DNA of 64,000 nucleotides from an uncultured Gemmatimonadota bacterium. Lineage in GTDB: Bacteria > JAAXHH01 > JABIQT01. Each line of letters begins with the position of its first letter. Within the stretch, counting starts at the first letter, position 1. The notes under the pieces were generated by a model that saw only the letters and a list, made by a program, of their open reading frames with translations, searched no databases and had not been told where the DNA came from. The translations under genes and the position numbers were made by a program. Below are positions 30,241 through 38,881 of the stretch, piece after piece. The DNA lies in assembly GCA_964470965.1 (NCBI GenBank), contig CAYYIS010000001.1:79247-143246 (forward strand), in the 5' to 3' direction.

Positions 30241-30876
30241 AAGGAAAAGGTGGTTTGTGCTGTGCATCATTACTTCTGAAAATCAATAGGTAGTCAATAT
30301 CTTGACAATGATATCTGGAAAATAACCTTATGGCCCGCGCCGTTTTCCATATCGATATTTCAAATATATTGCAGAGTGGCCCATCCACAAACACCAGGGA
30401 GCCACACTCATTTGACTGGCCTAAAGGCCGGACTCGATTGCGGCATCTCTTGTGATCCGGCTTCTGGTGTGACGATATTTGGACTCCTTCCGGCTGTCTA
30501 TGTAGGACTGAATGTCCATCCGCGGCATGTTCCACGAAATGATGTGATTTGAGTTGTGTTACCCCTTGATGGTTTCACGGTGTTGCCCAACGGCTGCGTC
30601 GTCAGGCCGGAAGCGCATCAGGCGCTCCGGGTGGTTGCGCAGATTTCCGGAAGAGATTTTTGTGGCGGTCCATCGCTTGAGGCGGGTGGGTTCAGCGAAG
30701 TGGACTCGCTCCATACTAACGGCGCACAGGAGGCGGCGAATAGTGTTGTGGGCCGAGGTGTATGAGGCCGTGAGTGTTATCTTAAAATTTTACCGAGGGG
30801 ACGTTGTAAATATTTTGAGTCGTCACAGCCGGATCAAATCGTCTCAAATGTCACCCTCCCGCCTTCATCCATGCTT

Positions 30877-31641
30877 CTATCCGCCTTGCTCCTCTTTCAA
30901 TTCTTCCAGCAGGCGCTTGGCCAGGTCTACGCAGGCGACGGCGTCCTTACCGGTGCCGTCGGCGCCCATGTCGTCGGCGAATTCCTGCGTTACCGAGGCG
31001 CCACCGACCATGATTTTTACATCGTCGCGCAAATCCGCGTCGATGAAGGCGTCAATGGTTTTACCCATGTTGGGCATGGTGGTGGTGAGCAGGGCCGACA
31101 TACCGACCAGCGGTGCTTCGTGCTCTTCCACTGCGTCGATGAATTCGTCCTCGGAGGTATCCACGCCTAGATCGTGTACCTCCATGCCAGAGCCGCGCAG
31201 CATCATGATGCACAAGTTTTTTCCGATGTCATGCAGGTCACCTTTGACCGTCCCCATGATGACCGTCCCGATGGGCTTGATGCCCGAGGCGGACAGTATC
31301 GGTTCGATGTAGGCCATGCCGGCCTTCATGGCCCGGGCGCAGGCAAGGACTTCCGGGACGAATATGAAGTTCTCCCGGAACTTGATCCCTACGATACTCA
31401 TTCCGGCGATGAGCCCGTCATCCATGATCTCCAACGCGTCGGTGCCCGCATCGAGAGCAGCACCGGTCATTTCATCTACACTGTTGTTGTCACCATCAAT
31501 GAGTGCCGCGGCTATTTCCTGCATGGCCGGCGACGTTCCGGAAAATACATTGATGATACGCTCCCGGTCAGCGGGAGCTTCAATAAATTCCTCTATCTCA
31601 TCCCTGATAAACTCATTCTCTATCGCGTTTATGTCCGGCAT
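30877..31641 (-). CDS. corrinoid (cobalamin-binding) methyltransferase carrier protein
   Basis: B12-binding cap helix bundle followed by a Rossmann domain with the DxHxxG motif (KGDLHDIGKNL) and MSALLTTT. GAGGAAG lies before the ATG. About 35 extra N-terminal residues. Confidence 0.88.
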   Translation of the reverse strand: MPDINAIENEFIRDEIEEFIEAPADRERIINVFSGTSPAMQEIAAALIDGDNNSVDEMTGAALDAGTDALEIMDDGLIAGMSIVGIKFRENFIFVPEVLACARAMKAGMAYIEPILSASGIKPIGTVIMGTVKGDLHDIGKNLCIMMLRGSGMEVHDLGVDTSEDEFIDAVEEHEAPLVGMSALLTTTMPNMGKTIDAFIDADLRDDVKIMVGGASVTQEFADDMGADGTGKDAVACVDLAKRLLEELKEEQGG

Positions 31642-31667
31642 TACTTCCTCTCATTCTGTGCTTGTTT

Positions 31668-32711
31668 TTACGCCGCATGCTCCATATGCCATTCCCGGAC
31701 TGCGATCGGAATTTCTTTGAGGTTTTCGATTGAGGTTTGCAGCGGGATGGCACATTCCGGACCTACCAGCTGTACACCGGAATCCAGGTTCTTGTAGACT
31801 TCGGCACGTACCTCTTCTGGCCCGCGGGCGAACAGCGTTTCGGGATTGTTAATGTTTCCCACCAGCGAAATGCGTTCCTTCACCACATCCATAGATTCGT
31901 CCGGTTCGTTCTTGGAGTCGTAGTGAAAAGCGGCAAAACCCGTCTGTGCGATGTAATCCATCCGGTCCACGGTCCGACCACAGATATGCATAATCAACGG
32001 TATAGGAATCCGCTCTACAAGTTCAATGTGCAGGTCGAGTAAAAACCGTTTGTAGTACTCACCGCTGACCAGATCGCCGGTTGCATGGTCCGGTAGCGTC
32101 AGGGCGTCAGCGCCGGCCTCTATCTGTGCGATGCCGAATTCTATGGTGGCTTCTTTCATGCGGTCCAGCGCCAGCTTGGTCCTGCCGGGATCGTCCAGGG
32201 ACAGGAGCAGAAACGGTTCGACGCCGAAGCAATGGTAGCCCAGTGACCACGGTCCCATTGTTTTGCCAATGACGGCCACTTCATCACCGTATTCTTTCTT
32301 AAGCTTTGTAATAGCGTCAAGTACACACTTTGTATCTTGATGGGTCAGATAGTCCGATGGGATCTTGATGTCGTCCGCATCTTCCCAGATAGGCTCACCC
32401 ATTTTCACGGTCGGCCAGTTGTCCTTTTGCTCCCACTGAATATTGCAGCCCAGGGCCGATGACTCCTGTATAATAGTAAATACCGGCATGATGGAATCAA
32501 ACCCGAGTTCGGTGTATCCGGTCGCAGCCAGGCGGGCCATCAGTTCGGGATTCCGGTTGGCTTCCGGAAACGGCGCGTCTACCAGGTCCATCAGTTCCAC
32601 GGTGGCGACGGACGTGGGATTGCACACGGGCGTACGATCCACCGGTTTCCTGTCAAGCGCAGCCAGCACGCGTTCGCGTCCTGTCATAGGGGGTACGGTT
32701 GTTATGGTCAT
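31668..32711 (-). CDS. URO-D-family methyltransferase (MtaA/MtbA/CmuA-like methylcobamide methyltransferase)
   Basis: N-terminus MTGRERVLAALDRKPVDRTPV, 347 aa TIM-barrel family pattern, HICG motif. Sits next to the corrinoid protein gene. Confidence 0.75.
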   Translation of the reverse strand: MTITTVPPMTGRERVLAALDRKPVDRTPVCNPTSVATVELMDLVDAPFPEANRNPELMARLAATGYTELGFDSIMPVFTIIQESSALGCNIQWEQKDNWPTVKMGEPIWEDADDIKIPSDYLTHQDTKCVLDAITKLKKEYGDEVAVIGKTMGPWSLGYHCFGVEPFLLLSLDDPGRTKLALDRMKEATIEFGIAQIEAGADALTLPDHATGDLVSGEYYKRFLLDLHIELVERIPIPLIMHICGRTVDRMDYIAQTGFAAFHYDSKNEPDESMDVVKERISLVGNINNPETLFARGPEEVRAEVYKNLDSGVQLVGPECAIPLQTSIENLKEIPIAVREWHMEHAA

Positions 32712-32760
32712 GGTTGTCCTTATTTTCCAAGGGTTGTACCTGATGAATTTTATCCTTGAT

Positions 32761-33399
32761 TTACCTGTCCTGCTGACTCGGGGCGGCTAAAACGCCCCGG
32801 GAGGTGGTGGCTTCCTGTTCCCGCAGGGCAGCTCGGACATTTGGGGCACGCACTAGCAGGAGTCCGAGCATGGCATCATGAGGCTGGCCACACGGAAAAC
32901 TGATCAGGTCGAGACGCTGTCCCTCCTCTTTCATCTGTCCCAGCTTCATCAGGCCGCCGGCAATGAACGAGATGCGTTTTACCTTATCTTTCCCTTCGCC
33001 CTCCGCGATGACCTGATACCGGCCGTTTTCTTGGCTGACGATTTTCATCGTGTCCCCGGACTTCTTATCAAAAACCTGCAATGGCCGTGGTGTCAGTTTC
33101 TTATCCGAAGGCAGTTTGCAGGCTTCCAGGAATACGCGTTTTATCGCCAGTTCATGTTCCTGGCCGCACGGGAATCGGAGCAACCCGTCTGAATCGACGT
33201 CCATGCCACCCAGGAAACACATGGCGTTGTTCAGGAATGCGACGCGTCCCGATGCGGCTTCCAGGCCGCTGTACGTATGCACCAGGTACGCAGGTCCCGC
33301 ATCCTGAGACTGACGGTACAGAGCGATAGAGATATCATGACAGTGCGGATCCATGGGCACCAGTTCGATACGTCTGCCTATTTCAAGGGTCTGACCCAT
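32761..33399 (-). CDS. hypothetical protein with internal two-fold repeat (FPCGQxH motif twice)
   Basis: Repeat 1: RVAFLNNAMCFLGGMDVDSDGLLRFPCGQEHELAIKRVFLEA. Repeat 2: RISFIAGGLMKLGQMKEEGQRLDLISFPCGQPHDAMLGLLLVRA. I chose ATG 33399 (GAGG upstream) over the 33453 ORF start. I recognise no family. Confidence 0.55.
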   Translation of the reverse strand: MGQTLEIGRRIELVPMDPHCHDISIALYRQSQDAGPAYLVHTYSGLEAASGRVAFLNNAMCFLGGMDVDSDGLLRFPCGQEHELAIKRVFLEACKLPSDKKLTPRPLQVFDKKSGDTMKIVSQENGRYQVIAEGEGKDKVKRISFIAGGLMKLGQMKEEGQRLDLISFPCGQPHDAMLGLLLVRAPNVRAALREQEATTSRGVLAAPSQQDR

Positions 33400-33412
33400 A
33401 CGGTATACCTCG

Positions 33413-33688
33413 CTAATTGATACAGAACCATTTACTATTGTACTCGCGCTCAATTTCCTCTATTAGTGCTTCCATAACGATTTCGGCACTGCCGGACCGT
33501 TCCTTTTTTTCCGTCCATCGCCACTGATCCAGGTATGCATCTGTGCCGGCCAGACCTTCCGCCATGGCTACCCGGTCGATTTCAAACTGGAACCATTCCG
33601 GCATCTGGCGGTTCACCGGCCGCTTGCCATGGTAGACTCTAACTTGCGCGGGTATGTCTCTCCAATAGAGAACCTGATAGACCGTCAT
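33413..33688 (-). CDS. small corrinoid-cluster-associated protein ('virulence factor' domain-like, YWRDIP motif)
   Basis: 91 aa, MTVYQVLYWRDIPAQVRV... I recall this small domain family as co-occurring with or fused to B12-binding domains. From memory, unverified. Confidence 0.5.
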   Translation of the reverse strand: MTVYQVLYWRDIPAQVRVYHGKRPVNRQMPEWFQFEIDRVAMAEGLAGTDAYLDQWRWTEKKERSGSAEIVMEALIEEIEREYNSKWFCIN

Positions 33689-33748
33689 TGAACGTCTTAC
33701 CTATTAATTCATCGATCATTAGAAAAGGCGGTAGACCTATGGATCAAT

Positions 33749-34765
33749 CTAATCCGCCTGCACGATTCTGGACCGTTCGTCCACCACCTGGCGGAACGCA
33801 CGGATATGCTCAGGGCCAGTGCCGCAGCAACCCCCTACCATAAACGCGCCTGCGTCAAGGAGTTCAGGGAGATAGCTTGCCATCTCCTCCGGGCTTTGTG
33901 AATAGTAGGTGTTGTGGTTTTCGTCGAGTTGGGCTTTGCCCGCGTTGGGGTGAGTCATCATGTGCTTCGGTTTCATGCCTCGCTGTTCCATTGCAGCGCT
34001 CAGCTGCCGGGTGCCGATGATCGCATAGGGCATACCTGTATGCTCATCCCGTCTCGACTCCGCGCCGCAGTTAAGGCCCAGAAGCTGGACGCTGTCCAGG
34101 AGGTCCACGCCATCGGACAACTCTCCACTGGCGAGAATGTCCAGAAGATCCACCGCGGAATTGCCCCAGTCTGTCTTGTAGATCACGTTTCCGGTATCGC
34201 GGTCCTTTGTGTATTTGTATGTCAGGTTCACCGCAATAGGGAGACCGAACTGGCGGATCATATCAACTGCTATGGCCGCCTCTTTGGCAGAAAACATGGT
34301 TTCTATGCAGAAAAAATCCACACCGCTTTCCGCGAGGATGGCCGCCACCTTCTCATGGGCGTCTCTGGCCACTTGGTTTGGGATGCCGAATACCGTGTCG
34401 CCGCTATCCGCCTCGATGGCGCCCGGCAGCGGACCGATCGAACCGCCCAAATACACCTCTTTCTCACTTCGTTCGATGGCTGCCCTGGCCAATTCCACCG
34501 AACGCCTCACAAGGTTATCCGACTCCGATGGGTCTTTGTCGGCCATCTCTAGATGTGGGAAAGACGCCACGAACGTGTTGGTTTCTATAGCATCCGATCC
34601 CGCTTCGATATAATCAAAATGGATATCCGTCACTGCTTCCGGATGCAGCTCATTCGCAAGTGCGCTGTTCGCCAGTTCGATCCCCCTGGCAAACAACTGA
34701 GATCCGAATCCCCCGTCGAAAATAATCGGATCGGGATCGTTTAGTCTATCTATGAATGACTTCAT
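33749..34765 (-). CDS. homocysteine S-methyltransferase-domain protein (MetH module-1-like)
   Basis: FDGGFGSQL, ETNTF, zinc-ligand Cys motifs GLNCG and GGCCGTGPEHI; 338 aa, single domain. Confidence 0.85.
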   Translation of the reverse strand: MKSFIDRLNDPDPIIFDGGFGSQLFARGIELANSALANELHPEAVTDIHFDYIEAGSDAIETNTFVASFPHLEMADKDPSESDNLVRRSVELARAAIERSEKEVYLGGSIGPLPGAIEADSGDTVFGIPNQVARDAHEKVAAILAESGVDFFCIETMFSAKEAAIAVDMIRQFGLPIAVNLTYKYTKDRDTGNVIYKTDWGNSAVDLLDILASGELSDGVDLLDSVQLLGLNCGAESRRDEHTGMPYAIIGTRQLSAAMEQRGMKPKHMMTHPNAGKAQLDENHNTYYSQSPEEMASYLPELLDAGAFMVGGCCGTGPEHIRAFRQVVDERSRIVQAD

Positions 34766-35727
34766 GATGCCGTTGCCTGTCCTTCAAAATTGATCTCGCC
34801 TCTTACGTTCATCTCCATCGGACGCAGGCTGTGATATATGAATGTATTGATCGGTGTCTCTACGCCAGTTTCCTGTCCCATCCGTACTACGGCACCCACC
34901 TGGTTTTCGAGTTCCGAGTATCGGCCGGCCATCACGTCCCGTTGCATGGATGCTGTACCGCCGTATTCCACGCTGTCCAGGATAGCCATGGTTTTAGCCA
35001 CGATATCTTCGGGCAGCGCTATGTTCCTGGCCTTCGCCACCGCATGAATTTCTTCCATAGCCCTCTCCAACAGACGGCGCGTGCCGGGCTGGCTGCGCAC
35101 CGCACCGATGGGTGCCCGGGTCACACCGCCTACGCCGCTCCACGAGGCGATGAGAATGTATTTGCGCCACATAGCCGCCTGGATGTCCTGGGGTGCATCC
35201 ACGATCAGGCCCTTTGCACGGGAAAATGCCTCATGCAATTTATCGACCCGACCGCTCCGTCGGTTGTCCCATTCCCCGAAGTTGACAAACGGTTCATAAG
35301 CCACATGCTGAATATAGCCGGGACCGGCTTTGAACGAAACGATACCGCATACGCCGCCCAACACGTGTTTCCATCCCAGCACCTCGGCCAGTTGGCCCGG
35401 TGCTTCCACGCCATTTTCCATAGGGAGCACGTAAGTATCCGGGCCGATCATCGGGCGTATGGCCTCCGCCGCCTCAGATACCTGCCAGCATTTAACGCAG
35501 ACGATAACCACATCGACGATGCCTGCCTCAACCGGGTCATCGGTAGCATCTACCGGCTTTACTACGAAGTCACCTTTGGTGCTCTCGACCTTTAACCCAT
35601 GTTTCCGCATCGTCTGAAGATGCTCTCCACGGGCTATAAACACCACATCTTCACCTGCTTCGGCAAGACGACCGCCATAGTAGCCTCCGACACCGCCTGC
35701 ACCGAACACCGCAATCCGCACGTTCAC
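34762..35727 (-). CDS. ketopantoate-reductase-family (PanE/ApbA) NAD(P)H oxidoreductase
   Basis: IAVFGAGGVGGYYGGRLAEAG Rossmann motif, 321 aa. 4-nt overlap with the downstream Hcy-methyltransferase gene. Confidence 0.75.
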   Translation of the reverse strand: MNVRIAVFGAGGVGGYYGGRLAEAGEDVVFIARGEHLQTMRKHGLKVESTKGDFVVKPVDATDDPVEAGIVDVVIVCVKCWQVSEAAEAIRPMIGPDTYVLPMENGVEAPGQLAEVLGWKHVLGGVCGIVSFKAGPGYIQHVAYEPFVNFGEWDNRRSGRVDKLHEAFSRAKGLIVDAPQDIQAAMWRKYILIASWSGVGGVTRAPIGAVRSQPGTRRLLERAMEEIHAVAKARNIALPEDIVAKTMAILDSVEYGGTASMQRDVMAGRYSELENQVGAVVRMGQETGVETPINTFIYHSLRPMEMNVRGEINFEGQATAS

Positions 35728-35794
35728 CTCCTGGACAAATTACACCATTATCGGTCCGTCAATATATAGGTTGCCATCTATTATCGCAACACCA

Positions 35795-36784
35795 TCATTC
35801 TTCCAGCCATGATTTGACTCGGGGATGGTGCATTACTTCCGGATTGAGGATGTGCTCCGGGCGTCGTCCCTGGATAGCATCCGTGACCTGTTCGATGCCC
35901 TTGGCATCCAGACGCATGGTTGACTCTACCGTGATGCCGGCGTTATGGTTGGTACATATAATTCGTGGGTGACCCTTGTGTACCTCGCGGCTACCGTTAA
36001 CGGGATCATCCACAACATAATAATGGAGTTTCTCTTCTTTTATCGCCCTGTTGACACCATCATCGTCCACAAGGTTGCCACGCGATGGGTTTATCAGGGA
36101 TGCGTGCGGTTTCATCCTGCTGAGTAGGTCATAATGGATGATGGTGTCATCGCCCGAGACATGCAGGCAGACGGTGTCGCATGCCTGGAAGAGTGCCTCC
36201 GGCGTGTCGACAACTTCCGCGTCGTATTTTGCGGCCACTTCAGCGATATCAGGCCGGACGTCATACATGAGCAGACGGCCTTTTTTGCCGAGAAGAGGCC
36301 TGGCTCTCATTGCCACCTCCTGGCCTATGCGGCCGCAACCGTAAAGTCCCAGCGTCGTATGCTGCGCTTCGTAGGTGCGGATGATGGAGAAATCGCCCCG
36401 GTGGGAGAGGTAGTTGAGTGTATACAACCGCTTGAGAGTGGCCATCCACTGGGCGATAGTGTATTCAGCCACGGCGTCCATATGCACCGGCGTTACCGTG
36501 ACGATCACCCCGTAACGTGTAGCCGCCGGTATGTTTACCTGGTCGAATCCTACGCCCCAGCGAGCCACGACGCGCAGATCTGAAGCGGCTTCATAGAATT
36601 CATCCGAATAATATGAAGAACTGGCGATCGAAGCGATAACGCCGGGGGCGTGCTCTGCCCCTAGTGTTTTCGGCTCATCCATCAGCTCTCCCAGGGTACT
36701 CAGGTGGGCCAGCCCCCGCTGCCGTTCCTCCGAAGCAAACTCATCATTCCTGAACTGTGCCGTGAGCATTATTTTATATGGCAT
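35795..36784 (-). CDS. D-isomer-specific 2-hydroxyacid dehydrogenase family protein
   Basis: GLYGCGRIGQEVA NAD motif, NPSRGNLVD, C-terminal catalytic His region. Confidence 0.8.
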   Translation of the reverse strand: MPYKIMLTAQFRNDEFASEERQRGLAHLSTLGELMDEPKTLGAEHAPGVIASIASSSYYSDEFYEAASDLRVVARWGVGFDQVNIPAATRYGVIVTVTPVHMDAVAEYTIAQWMATLKRLYTLNYLSHRGDFSIIRTYEAQHTTLGLYGCGRIGQEVAMRARPLLGKKGRLLMYDVRPDIAEVAAKYDAEVVDTPEALFQACDTVCLHVSGDDTIIHYDLLSRMKPHASLINPSRGNLVDDDGVNRAIKEEKLHYYVVDDPVNGSREVHKGHPRIICTNHNAGITVESTMRLDAKGIEQVTDAIQGRRPEHILNPEVMHHPRVKSWLEE

Positions 36785-36822
36785 AAATTCTTCGCTCTCT
36801 TTCGTTTCGTGTCAACCCTCGA

Positions 36823-38298
36823 TCACATAGCCGCCTGACGTTTCATGGCTTTTAGTTCCTCAACGCCGCATCCGATACAGGAGCGATCGGTTGGGAAGAC
36901 TTTACCCGGATTGCACAGGTTGGCTTCGTCGAACGCATGTTTTACATTTTCCATAGCCTGTATGTCGTTTTCCGAAAATAGAAGCGGCATAAAATCCATC
37001 TTCTCTGCGCCGATACCATGCTCCCCCGTGACCGAACCGCCCATCTCAATGCAGGCTTTTAGGATTTCAGTGCTGGCATCCAAGACCTTCTTCACCATCT
37101 CCGGATTGTTTTCATCGTAGCAGATACAGGGATGAATATTGCCGTCACCCGCATGGAAGACATTGCCGATCATCAGATCGTATTTCTCCTGAACGGACTT
37201 GATAACCCGCATGATATCAGGCAATCTGGTCCGAGGTACAACACCGTCCTGTGTGTAATAACTAGGACTCAATCGCCCGAGTGCGCCGAATGCTCGTTTC
37301 CGACTCTTCCAGATAAGATCCCGCTCTCTGCTGTCCCGAGTCTTCCGTAGGTCACGCAGATTGTTTTGCTTACACACCTCGATCACCCGCTCTGCCTGCG
37401 ATTCCATGCCGGCCTCCAATCCATCCAGTTCAATAATCAGTACCGCCTCTGCATCGAGGGGAAAACCGACCTGAAATGCTTCTTCAACCGCTCCGATAAC
37501 CACCTGGTCGATCATCTCAAGCGCTGCCGGCACGATACCCCGCCCGATCAGTCCGGATACCGTGTTAGTGGCGTCTTCGATGGTGTCGAATACCGCCAGG
37601 AACGTTCTGAACGTCTGCGGTAGTTTTACCAAACGGACCCAGGCGCGGGTCACGATCCCCAGCATGCCTTCCGAGCCGATCAATATGCCGCGCAAGTCGT
37701 AGCCGGGCGTATCGTCCGACTTTCCGCCGAACCAGACCACCTCTCCATCTGGCAGAACCACTTCCATACCCAGGGTGTGGTTTGTCGTCACGCCGTATTT
37801 CAGAGTATGGGGGCCGCCGGAATTTTCAGCGATGTTGCCGCCTATTGTACAAGAATACTGGCTGGAAGGGTCCGGAACGTAGTGGTATCCGAAGTCGGTC
37901 ACCGCGTTAGACAGATGCAGGTTGACCACACCCGGTTCCACCAGCGCACGTCGATTTCCGATATCGATTTCCACGATTTTGTTCATACGGGTCAATGCGA
38001 TCATGACCCCGCCGTCCGGGGGAAGACTGCCGCCGCTGAGCCCCGTTCCGGCACCTCGGGCCACGAACGGGATCTGTTTCCCATGAAGCAGCCGGACCAC
38101 CGCGGATACCTGTTCGGTGGAGGTGGGAAACACCACTGCGTGCGGCATATTTTTTCCGATCGTCAGTCCATCGCATTCGTAAACGATGAGCTCATCCGGA
38201 GCATCGATCACGCCGTCCTGCCCCAAGATCTCTACGAGTGCATCTCTCAACTGATTATCAGTGATGGGACACGCCGAATACGACCTGGTTTTTAACAT
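36823..38298 (-). CDS. FAD-linked oxidase (GlcD / D-lactate dehydrogenase-like)
   Basis: ARGAGTGLSGGS, PCMH FAD-binding domain, C-terminal GEHGIG motif; 491 aa. Confidence 0.85.
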   Translation of the reverse strand: MLKTRSYSACPITDNQLRDALVEILGQDGVIDAPDELIVYECDGLTIGKNMPHAVVFPTSTEQVSAVVRLLHGKQIPFVARGAGTGLSGGSLPPDGGVMIALTRMNKIVEIDIGNRRALVEPGVVNLHLSNAVTDFGYHYVPDPSSQYSCTIGGNIAENSGGPHTLKYGVTTNHTLGMEVVLPDGEVVWFGGKSDDTPGYDLRGILIGSEGMLGIVTRAWVRLVKLPQTFRTFLAVFDTIEDATNTVSGLIGRGIVPAALEMIDQVVIGAVEEAFQVGFPLDAEAVLIIELDGLEAGMESQAERVIEVCKQNNLRDLRKTRDSRERDLIWKSRKRAFGALGRLSPSYYTQDGVVPRTRLPDIMRVIKSVQEKYDLMIGNVFHAGDGNIHPCICYDENNPEMVKKVLDASTEILKACIEMGGSVTGEHGIGAEKMDFMPLLFSENDIQAMENVKHAFDEANLCNPGKVFPTDRSCIGCGVEELKAMKRQAAM

Positions 38299-38305
38299 GG
38301 AACGC

Positions 38306-38881
38306 TCAGACTTTCTTTTTTATCAATTCCAGGAATTCCGCCCGAGTCGCGCGGTTCTCTCGGAACCAGCCGTGCATGGCGCTCGTAGTCGCATTCGAGT
38401 TCTGTTTCTGGACGCCCCGCATCATCATACACAGGTGTGAAGCCTCTATTACTACCCCCACTCCCTTAGGGTTCAGCCATTCCTGAAGGGTCTGCGCGAT
38501 CTGTGTGGTCAGCCGCTCCTGAACTTGAAGGCGACGTGCATAGATCTCCACAAGTCGGGCCACTTTACTCAGTCCTATGATCTTACGTTCCGGCAGATAG
38601 GCGATGTGGCACTTTCCGAAGAACGGTAGCATATGGTGTTCACAGAGCGAATAGAACTCGATATCCTTTACAACCACCATCTCATCATAGCCTTCGTCCT
38701 CGAAAATCGCGCCGTTCAGGACGGAGTTCGGCTCTTCCTGATAACCTTTGGTTAAAAACCTCATGGATTGCGCCACTCGGTCCGGAGTTCTCCTCAGGCC
38801 TTCCCGCTCAGGGTCTTCCCCTATCTCCGTGAGGAGTGAACGGGTAAATGCTTCAATAGGGTCTGCCATCGATTTCTCCAT
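38306..38881 (-). CDS. folE: GTP cyclohydrolase I
   Basis: [51 protein letters not shown]. Start taken at an internal ATG so it does not overlap the upstream gene. Confidence 0.9.
   Translation of the reverse strand: MEKSMADPIEAFTRSLLTEIGEDPEREGLRRTPDRVAQSMRFLTKGYQEEPNSVLNGAIFEDEGYDEMVVVKDIEFYSLCEHHMLPFFGKCHIAYLPERKIIGLSKVARLVEIYARRLQVQERLTTQIAQTLQEWLNPKGVGVVIEASHLCMMMRGVQKQNSNATTSAMHGWFRENRATRAEFLELIKKKV

Noticed and set aside
30110-30535. 141-codon minus-strand ORF in the AT-rich spacer. Considered as a toxin/antitoxin or mobile-element remnant.
   Set aside because: It overlaps the activase start, has no motif I can assign, and its N-terminal half is low-complexity. It is reported only within the spacer finding, not as a feature.
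30536-30876. Searched the spacer downstream of the corrinoid protein gene, and other upstream regions of the B12-related genes, for a cobalamin riboswitch.
   Set aside because: No B12 box (GCCACTG-type core with a GGGAA...GGTG...TCC context) is recognisable on either strand.
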